Shown here piece by piece: positions 48,155 through 55,633 of a stretch of 64,000 nt of DNA (position 1 is the stretch's first letter; every line of letters begins with the position of its first letter). The notes under the pieces were generated by a model. That model saw only the letters and a list, made by a program, of their open reading frames with translations. It did not search any database and was not told the origin of the DNA. The translations under genes were made by a program, and so were the position numbers. Origin of the DNA: Minisyncoccota bacterium. Lineage in GTDB: Bacteria > Patescibacteriota > Minisyncoccia > Phycocordibacterales > CAIZLB01. The stretch lies in assembly GCA_021734945.1 (NCBI GenBank), contig JAIPIA010000003.1:156895-220894 (forward strand), read 5' to 3'.

Positions 48155-49123
48155 ATGCCAGAACTACCTGAAGTTCAAACAACTGTTGATGGAATAAATA
48201 AGACTGTAAAAAACTTACAGATTATTGATGTGTGGACAAACTATAATAGTTCACACTATGCAGATAAAGATGAAATAAAGAACCCTACTTTTTTTAAAAA
48301 GTTTAAAGAAATAGCAATAGGATCGACGATAAAAAAAGCATCAAGAAAAGCTAAAAATATTCTGATTGAATTATCAAATGGATATACAATTCTGATTCAC
48401 ATGAAAATGACAGGCCATGTTATGTATGGAAAATATATATTCGACCCTGAAGGTAAAAATACAAACACAAGTGTAAACGGTGCTAGCGAAAATGTTGGAA
48501 CAGAGAAAGACCCTTGGAAAAGTACAGACGAGGGTCCCCTCAAAGATCCTTTTAATAGACACATCCGTTTGGTTTTCACCCTTAATAATGGGAAACATCT
48601 CGTTCTTTCTGATATGCGACGCTTCGCAAAAGTGACGGTACAGAAGACCACAACCATTGATGAGAGTTCTCATCTTAAATCAATTGGTCCAGAGCCTCTG
48701 GATCAAAACTTTACATATCAACTATTCGAATCAAGATTACTCACCAAGAAGAATGGAAAAATCAAAACCGTACTAATGGATCAATCTGTTTTTGCTGGGG
48801 TTGGAAATATTTATTCTGATGAAGCACTTTGGAGGGCTTCTATTAATCCAGAAGAAAAAGTTTCTAATATTCCTAAAGGTAACCTCAAAAAATTACACAT
48901 TTCAGTGATTGAGGTTCTTAGACAAGGTATTGATTTTGGAGGAGATTCAATGTCTGACTACAGAAACATATATGGAGAACGTGGACAGTTTCAATTGAAA
49001 CATCATGCGTATAGAAAAACCAACAAAGATTGTGACAAAAAAGGGTGCCAAGGAATAATCCAAAGAAAAGTAGTTGGTGGACGCAGCGCACATTTTTGTA
49101 GTGAACATCAAAAACTAAATTAA
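48155..49123 (+). CDS. mutM: Formamidopyrimidine-DNA glycosylase
   Basis: MPELPEV, HMKMTG, DMRRF, GVGNIYSDE, C-terminal CCCH zinc finger. Confidence 0.95.
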   Translation: MPELPEVQTTVDGINKTVKNLQIIDVWTNYNSSHYADKDEIKNPTFFKKFKEIAIGSTIKKASRKAKNILIELSNGYTILIHMKMTGHVMYGKYIFDPEGKNTNTSVNGASENVGTEKDPWKSTDEGPLKDPFNRHIRLVFTLNNGKHLVLSDMRRFAKVTVQKTTTIDESSHLKSIGPEPLDQNFTYQLFESRLLTKKNGKIKTVLMDQSVFAGVGNIYSDEALWRASINPEEKVSNIPKGNLKKLHISVIEVLRQGIDFGGDSMSDYRNIYGERGQFQLKHHAYRKTNKDCDKKGCQGIIQRKVVGGRSAHFCSEHQKLN

Positions 49124-49657
49124 TTCATATAGAATTATTCCAGCCGAAACGGAAACATTTAATGATTCTTTATTCCCTTTCATAGGAATATCAATACAAT
49201 CATCGCATAGTTTGAGTAACCCTTTTGGTATTCCAGTCACCTCAGTACCAAAAACAATTGCTAATTTTATTTCCTGCATCAGGTTATTACTTTTCGTCTT
49301 TTTGCCTTTCTTATTTTTATTTCTCTTAAATAAGTCTTTGAAAAAAACTTTATAGTCAATTGATCTTTCAGTTTGTTCAACAGCAATAATCCTAAATCCT
49401 TCATTTTTTAAATCACGCAATGCTTTCAAAGAAGAGTCTTTATATACCCAAGGAACGTCTTTTTCAGCACCAAGTGCTGTCTTAGCAATTTCCTTTTGTG
49501 GTCTATTAAACTTGTCTACAGGTCGAGGAGAATAACCAGCTAGTACGATTTCAGAAACACCAACAGCATCACACGTCCGAAAAATTGAGCCCACATTATA
49601 AGAACTCCTAATATCTGGAAGAACCACAACAACTTTCATACTATTATTAGATTTCAT
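49115..49657 (-). CDS. TrmH/SpoU family RNA methyltransferase
   Basis: IRS.YNVGSIFRT, FGTEV.G, IPM.G.KESLNVSVSAGI; start placed at ATG 49657. Confidence 0.92.
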   Translation of the reverse strand: MKSNNSMKVVVVLPDIRSSYNVGSIFRTCDAVGVSEIVLAGYSPRPVDKFNRPQKEIAKTALGAEKDVPWVYKDSSLKALRDLKNEGFRIIAVEQTERSIDYKVFFKDLFKRNKNKKGKKTKSNNLMQEIKLAIVFGTEVTGIPKGLLKLCDDCIDIPMKGNKESLNVSVSAGIILYELI

Positions 49658-49709
49658 ATATATTTCGGTTATACCATAAAGATATAAAGAATGATAATAT
49701 AGAACAATC

Positions 49710-50114
49710 ATGACAAATCCATTCCCAGAGCTTTTAACTTTCTCTTTACTCGCCCCAACATTACTTAGACTAACTTTAGGTATTTTTGTAATACTACTTG
49801 GATACAACAAACTCAAAAACCCACAAAAAGGAATAGTTGATTTTTTTGAAGCACTAAGCTTTAAACCGAGTTCATACTATATAAAGACCCTTTCTATTGC
49901 AGAAATTGTTATGGGTATCGCTCTCTTTTTCGGCTTTCTTACTCAAATAGCAGCATTAGTAGTAGCGATAATTACTTTTGTTTCACTTCTAGTTACAATA
50001 AGGCACCCGGAAGCAGGACTTCAAAAAGCTTCTCTGTACACTCTATTTTTTGTAATATCTATCTCTCTCGTCCTCACAGGAGCTGGGCTTATAGCTATCG
50101 ACTTACCTCTCTAG
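49710..50114 (+). CDS. DoxX family membrane protein
   Basis: LLRLTLG, G..KL, E...G..L..GFLT, TGAG..A.DLPL. Confidence 0.85.
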   Translation: MTNPFPELLTFSLLAPTLLRLTLGIFVILLGYNKLKNPQKGIVDFFEALSFKPSSYYIKTLSIAEIVMGIALFFGFLTQIAALVVAIITFVSLLVTIRHPEAGLQKASLYTLFFVISISLVLTGAGLIAIDLPL

Positions 50115-50278
50115 TCCAAGGAAACACATAACCAATAACTGAGTAAAATTTAGTAAAGAAGACTTAGTTAGGGTTGCTACTTTAGTATTTTCTGATATAT
50201 TTCTTGGTATTCTGTTTGTTTTTTGAGGCCTGTATTTTATAGGTCAAAATATGAACAATATAGATACAGATTAGACAT

Positions 50279-50351
50279 GCGCTCGTAGCTCAGTCGGTAG
50301 AGCAGCTCCCTTTTAAGGAGATGGTCGTAGGTTCGATTCCTACCGAGCGCA
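50279..50351 (+). tRNA. tRNA-Lys(TTT)
   Basis: Anticodon loop CTTTTAA; acceptor GCGCTCG/CGAGCGC. Confidence 0.94.
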
Positions 50352-50397
50352 CAAAGATTCAAAAACCCAGACTGCTCTGCTGCAGTCTTTTTTCGTA

Positions 50398-50496
50398 CAT
50401 GGGCGAGACGGAGCTATGTCGAGTCAGCAGATGAGACAAGCGAGGCGGGGTCGAGGAAATCTGCGAGCGACCGGCGAGTAGATTATCCGTGACCAC
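50398..50496 (+). repeat. tRNA-downstream structured repeat, copy B (behind tRNA-Lys)
   Basis: CATGGGCGAGACGGAGC...GCGAGGCGGGGTC...GTGACCAC, homologous to 32639-32730. Confidence 0.85.
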
Positions 50497-50529
50497 TAAC
50501 TTTCGTGGTTTTGGTATACTTATATTTAA

Positions 50530-51333
50530 ATGAAAACTCTCCTTATCGACAAAGATCGCTACATGATAAAAACTGCGAATCTGGACAAAATCACCGGCAA
50601 ATGGAAAGACGCTGTCGATGCTGCAATTGATGTATATAAAAAAGTATTCGGTGAAAGCTTGGTGTCCGTATATGTTGGAGGAAGTGTTGCCTGCGGTGAA
50701 GCGATAGAAAGTAAGTCTGACATTGACACATATGCTGTTTTAAATATTCCACAAGAGAAAGTTGAAGAGATTGTTAAGACAACGCTCGACGGAGAAAGAT
50801 TAAGGCTTGATAGTGAATTTCCATTTCTCACAAAATTTGAAATGCATGCGTATTCACTTGATATTTTAGGTATTCGAAAACAATTTCAGTTGAGAATTTT
50901 AGCGGTTTGCGTGTACGGTAAAAATTTTGACGCAGATTTCCCAAATTACCCCTTAACAAGAGAAACGTTCCAAAAAGTGCGAATAAGCATGTCCGGCGAT
51001 ATTGAAAAAGCTCGATTGCAACTACAGAAAGCTGATTTGAGTCAGCCTGAATATTCTAAGTATGTTGCAACTGGTGCTCGATGGGTCGCAAAGAGATTGA
51101 TTCGAAACGCAGGAACATTAGCACTTTGGAAGGAAAATTTTTACACAATGAACGTACCAATGATGGCTGAAATATTCGCAGAAGCATATCCAGATAAAAA
51201 GGCAGAGATTGGGGTTCTGCTGAGTTGGGTTGAAAATCCACCAAGTGACGCAAATGTAGTCTTGAATGTTTTAGACACATTTGGTAAATGGCTCATTGAG
51301 GAAGATGAGAGGGTGTTTGGAAAAATGGAGTGA
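50530..51333 (+). CDS. Pol-beta superfamily nucleotidyltransferase domain protein
   Basis: SVYVGGSVACGEA...SDIDT (GS...DxD) motif followed by a helical domain. Confidence 0.8.
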   Translation: MKTLLIDKDRYMIKTANLDKITGKWKDAVDAAIDVYKKVFGESLVSVYVGGSVACGEAIESKSDIDTYAVLNIPQEKVEEIVKTTLDGERLRLDSEFPFLTKFEMHAYSLDILGIRKQFQLRILAVCVYGKNFDADFPNYPLTRETFQKVRISMSGDIEKARLQLQKADLSQPEYSKYVATGARWVAKRLIRNAGTLALWKENFYTMNVPMMAEIFAEAYPDKKAEIGVLLSWVENPPSDANVVLNVLDTFGKWLIEEDERVFGKME

Positions 51334-51542
51334 TATATAAAAATTTGCTCAATTAATTCCCTTAAGGTTTAAGCAGCCTCCTCCCTTTGCAAAGCTCTAA
51401 TAAACAACAACTTATTATAAAGACCATCCATATACTCCCTGTTGGACAGGATAGTTATAATATCGTTACGTCTGCCGCACAGTAAAATAAAATGGTCTGC
51501 CATAAGGTATGGCTATTTTATTTACACCCGTTCGATAGGATG

Positions 51543-51684
51543 AGAAAGCCGGACTGAAGCTTCGATGTGAACTAATACGATTTAGTTAGTGAACCAGAAG
51601 CAAAAGAGGAGGGGTCAACAGGACTTTTGTATAACAAAAAGAAAGGGTGACCGATTCCTACCAAGCGCACATGACAAAAAAGAC
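51543..51684 (+). repeat. Diverged repeat copy C ending in a duplicated tRNA-Lys 3' end (att-like)
   Basis: GAGGAGGGGTC...GTGACC then CGATTCCTACCAAGCGCACA (19/20 to 50334-50353). Confidence 0.75.
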
Positions 51685-51746
51685 TGCACTACTTCATTCT
51701 TTTTTTTACACATCCACGATATCAATACTTTGCTATACTTGTTTTC

Positions 51747-52775
51747 ATGAATAGACCTGAAAAACATCTATCCTTCGAAACTCCAACAGGAAAAAGTCGC
51801 CAAGAACTCACAAACGACGCAGTTATCTTTCTAGAAAAGACTGGCGCGTTCGAACTTTTTAATGACCCAGTCAGAAAATCTGAATGGATTCAAACAACAA
51901 CAGCAGAAGAAGCTGAACAATATATTGAGAGATTAAATGGGATTTTAATAGGAAACCCGATTTATAAAAGAGAGATATATGAAAATCCAGGTATCCTTGT
52001 TGATCCAGATGATAATTTAGTCGACAAACCTACAAACCCAGAAATATCAAGACACCTTTTCAGAGATCTTATTTTTCCAGCGTGTCAAAGAATACCTATT
52101 AATGATGCCTCTGAACTTATGGCAACGTCGATAAATTTACTTCACATGTTTCCGGACGGTAATGGCAGGACGTCTCGATCGACTTATTCCCTCTTTTTTG
52201 AACCTACTCGTGCAAAAATTAAACCACAAGAAAGGAAAGAATTTTTAGAGTGGCAGACAGGAGAACAAAAAGGTGTATTAAATTGGAATCCTCGTTTAAT
52301 TAGATCTAATATTAATTCAATTATTAGAAATAGAATTGATTCAACCAAACCAAGCTTTTTAGAAGCACAAGAATCTTCTGCATTTCCTGAAGAGATATTG
52401 AATTACAAAGGAGAAAACCTTGCTATACAATCTTTAAGAGAAACTTGTCTTTCGAGAGACCCTGATGTCGCTATGGCACTTATTATGCACGCAGGTCGAA
52501 ATGAACTTAACCCAGACGAATTCATTGTAAAAGGAAACAAACTTCTCAATAACCAAAAGATTCTTGAGAGTGTGGATGAATCAACTGCAGTAAGTGTTCT
52601 GGAGTGTCTCGAAACAATTAAGATGCTAAGGGTGGTCACACTTGTTGATGTTTTTGAACACCCAAATGAATATAAAAGCCCGATTGATACCTATAACCTA
52701 AAAGAATATTTTGAATTACTTGTAAAAACAAAAGCTCTTCAAGAACAAAATCCTGATTTAGATATTTCATCCTAA
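51747..52775 (+). CDS. Fic domain protein
   Basis: HMFPDGNGRTSR matches the canonical HxFx[DE]GNGRxxR motif. Confidence 0.88.
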   Translation: MNRPEKHLSFETPTGKSRQELTNDAVIFLEKTGAFELFNDPVRKSEWIQTTTAEEAEQYIERLNGILIGNPIYKREIYENPGILVDPDDNLVDKPTNPEISRHLFRDLIFPACQRIPINDASELMATSINLLHMFPDGNGRTSRSTYSLFFEPTRAKIKPQERKEFLEWQTGEQKGVLNWNPRLIRSNINSIIRNRIDSTKPSFLEAQESSAFPEEILNYKGENLAIQSLRETCLSRDPDVAMALIMHAGRNELNPDEFIVKGNKLLNNQKILESVDESTAVSVLECLETIKMLRVVTLVDVFEHPNEYKSPIDTYNLKEYFELLVKTKALQEQNPDLDISS

Positions 52776-52823
52776 ATTATTTTACCTACAACTATGGATT
52801 CTCTTACCACATTCCTCTCTTCA

Positions 52824-53558
52824 CTAAGAGAAACACAACCTCTCCAACTCAATCATAAAATCAACTTCTCCTCTATGTGCCTTGTGATACATATCCAACA
52901 GACTATCCAAAAAAATCGCTAACTCCTCTTTTTTCCAATTCTTTTTGAAACTTTGGCATTTTGAAAACGTATAAGGTTTCATATCAACATCATGAGCAGA
53001 CTGAGCATCATAAGCCATATATAAAGACTTAAATTGCCACCATACTACTCCGTGAATTTCCTCAGCCGCCAAACTATCCAAAGAAAGTTCCTGAAATAGT
53101 TTCCATGAATTCACTTTATTCCGCGAAGCAAGGGCATCAGCAAATGCAAATGTTTGTGGTGCTTTTTTACCACCACCAATAGTGCCTTCGCCACCAATTA
53201 CTTTTAGATTATGTTCCTCTATTTTTTCAGCCTTCTTTTCAAGTTTTGTAAGTAAAGCTTTATTAATTTTTGAATCCAATATTATACAAACATGCTCCGA
53301 CCCACTCAATTCTCCTATCCTCTCTTCAATATAATCAACTGATTCTTTATTAGAAATAAGTGAGTCCAAAATAATAATATTTTTGGGAGTAAAAAGATTC
53401 ACCCCAGAGAGCACTTCATCCAAAAAACCTTGATTCCAATTTTCAGGAGACAGACGAAAGAGAGTAGCGTCAGGACGCTTTGACTGCAAAACACCTACCA
53501 AGGATTGGAGTTTACTTCTGCCTTTTTGAGTATCTGTTCCATGTATTACGTAAAGCAT
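52824..53558 (-). CDS. DNA polymerase III delta subunit-like (short HolA)
   Basis: MLYVIHG.D, .LF...IIILD, FAFADA, KPY...K motifs. Confidence 0.7.
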   Translation of the reverse strand: MLYVIHGTDTQKGRSKLQSLVGVLQSKRPDATLFRLSPENWNQGFLDEVLSGVNLFTPKNIIILDSLISNKESVDYIEERIGELSGSEHVCIILDSKINKALLTKLEKKAEKIEEHNLKVIGGEGTIGGGKKAPQTFAFADALASRNKVNSWKLFQELSLDSLAAEEIHGVVWWQFKSLYMAYDAQSAHDVDMKPYTFSKCQSFKKNWKKEELAIFLDSLLDMYHKAHRGEVDFMIELERLCFS

Positions 53559-53634
53559 TTTTTAACATTGTACCTGTATCTAGGATGGTTCGCCACTATT
53601 TCATTTTGCCTAAAATATGATTTTACTCCTCTGA

Positions 53635-54351
53635 CTACCTCTCCTTCAAATTTGACCAAGAAGCATCAAATATAGACTTAAATGTATTAGATATTGAAAC
53701 ATCCTCAATACGTATCGCAAAGACATTTTTTTCTTGCAGCCTAAATATTGCTACACAATTATCAAAAATAATCGTGTCATTTTCAATGTCTTTTGAAGGA
53801 GAGGTTTTAAACTTATATGTAGAACCAGAAATCTGACGCACATGCTTTGCATACCTTATTGAAGACTTATTATCAGCAATAATTTCTTTTGTATTAATTT
53901 GTCTTTCGTTTATCATTTCTGCCAACTGTATATATGTATCCTCAAAAATATGATATACACCGCCTATATTTGACCAAACTCTCAAACTTTTAGATGAACC
54001 TATCTCTTTATACAACTCTCTTACGTGCGTGATTCCCTCAAGAACCCTAACTTGGGGTTTACCTAGGTGGCTCAAATTTTTTTGATACGTATCACTCAGA
54101 GATTCAATAGTTATTTGATCAAGAGCTACTTGTTCTAAAAGAATTTTTGGGTCGCACGCCTTAAAATATGTTTTTTTATTTATTTGAATCTTTTCAACGA
54201 GACCTCTAGTAATTAATTCTTGCAATTGTATATACGCAGTAGGTCTTTTAATGTTTGTAATCTGGGATAAGTGAGCAACGGTCGTCACTCCACTTCCAAT
54301 AGCTGCCTTATACAGATTTAGAGATTTTTCACTTAAACCAAATGAATTCAT
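53635..54351 (-). CDS. TrmB-family HTH transcriptional regulator
   Basis: FGLSEK...Y, IKRPTAY..L.EL..RGLV, KPQVRVLEG; start placed at ATG 54351. Confidence 0.82.
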   Translation of the reverse strand: MNSFGLSEKSLNLYKAAIGSGVTTVAHLSQITNIKRPTAYIQLQELITRGLVEKIQINKKTYFKACDPKILLEQVALDQITIESLSDTYQKNLSHLGKPQVRVLEGITHVRELYKEIGSSKSLRVWSNIGGVYHIFEDTYIQLAEMINERQINTKEIIADNKSSIRYAKHVRQISGSTYKFKTSPSKDIENDTIIFDNCVAIFRLQEKNVFAIRIEDVSISNTFKSIFDASWSNLKER

Positions 54352-54522
54352 ATATCTACACAATATCAACTTAATCAATTTTGTCAATATAACTGACAAA
54401 TTATGAATATATCGTACCTAAAAATAAGCTTTATTTAAAATAAATATAAGTTTTTGCCATTATTATTAACATAATTCCCTTCTTTACGTATGATTTTCGA
54501 AATTATTAATATTTAAACTATT

Positions 54523-55605
54523 ATGAACAAGACGAAACATATTTTTGCTATTATTTTTCTTCTACTAATTGTTGGGCTAATATACTATTTTAAAGGGGGT
54601 TACACTGCGGTGAAAGAAAACAGATCGGCAAATACAGGATTAAAAGTAGGGGTAATATTACCCTTAAGTGGTGATTTGGCTCAACTAGGCGAAGAAGTCC
54701 AGAAAGGGATTGAATTAGGTGTAGAGGAAGCTAGAAAAAATGGATATAAAATTGATGTCATATACGGCGATGATAAAAGTAACTTTGGTGCAGATTCTGT
54801 CAGCGAGGCCAATAAACTTATACATATAAATAAAGTTGATGTTGTATTGACTCTTTTTGCAGAAGAAGCAAAACCAATCATACCAATAGTATCAAAGAGC
54901 AGGGTTCCTCTTCTCGTCTTATGGGATAGCAATAGATTTATAACTGAAGCTGGACCGTATGTGTTTAGTAATGGTTTTTCAACTGAAAAAGCCGCTATTA
55001 AAATGGCAGATTATGCTTTTAATGAATTAGAAAAAAGAAAAATCGCTATTGTGGGACATATAGATCCTTGGGTAGAAATCGCCGTCGAGTCTTTTAAAAA
55101 GCAATTTATTGGCCATGGTGGTCAAATTACATTTGAAGAAATTGTTCCTGTTACTACTGATGACTATCGAACAACAATTACAAAACTAAAACAGACCGAC
55201 TTTGATGCAGTTTATTTTCCTCTTATTCCCCCTTCTACTGCTCAATTTCTTATTCAAGCAAAACAACTCGGAATTAATACCACTTTATTGACTGGAGATC
55301 TAATACCAAGTGTTGTAGATGAAGCAAAGACTTCTGCTGAAAATGTATATACAACAAATATCTTTACTGACGAAGACGACGCTTTAAACCAAAAATATAA
55401 AGACTTTTTTGGCACTGAGATTGGAGACAGCACTCTCGTATCTTTTGGATATGATGGTATTGATTCAATCATTAAGGCAAAAAACAAAGACTCTGAAAGT
55501 CTTGCGACTGGATTTTTATTACTTTACGGTAAAAAACATTCTGCAGATAAAGAGGAGAGGCTCTACCAAGTTCAAAAAGGCGAACAAGTTCTAATTGAAA
55601 AATAA
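54523..55605 (+). CDS. LivK-type (periplasmic binding protein type 1) ABC substrate-binding protein
   Basis: KVGVILPLSGD.A..GE, DD, DYRT.ITKLK, GYD. Confidence 0.85.
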   Translation: MNKTKHIFAIIFLLLIVGLIYYFKGGYTAVKENRSANTGLKVGVILPLSGDLAQLGEEVQKGIELGVEEARKNGYKIDVIYGDDKSNFGADSVSEANKLIHINKVDVVLTLFAEEAKPIIPIVSKSRVPLLVLWDSNRFITEAGPYVFSNGFSTEKAAIKMADYAFNELEKRKIAIVGHIDPWVEIAVESFKKQFIGHGGQITFEEIVPVTTDDYRTTITKLKQTDFDAVYFPLIPPSTAQFLIQAKQLGINTTLLTGDLIPSVVDEAKTSAENVYTTNIFTDEDDALNQKYKDFFGTEIGDSTLVSFGYDGIDSIIKAKNKDSESLATGFLLLYGKKHSADKEERLYQVQKGEQVLIEK

Positions 55606-55633
55606 AGATATCTTTATTTAAAAAGACAATTCA

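Noticed and set aside
51368-51478. Short minus-strand reading frame (..DIITILSNREYMDGLYNKLLFIRALQREEAA*) as a recombinase tail
   Set aside because: Too short and has no diagnostic motif; cannot be assigned
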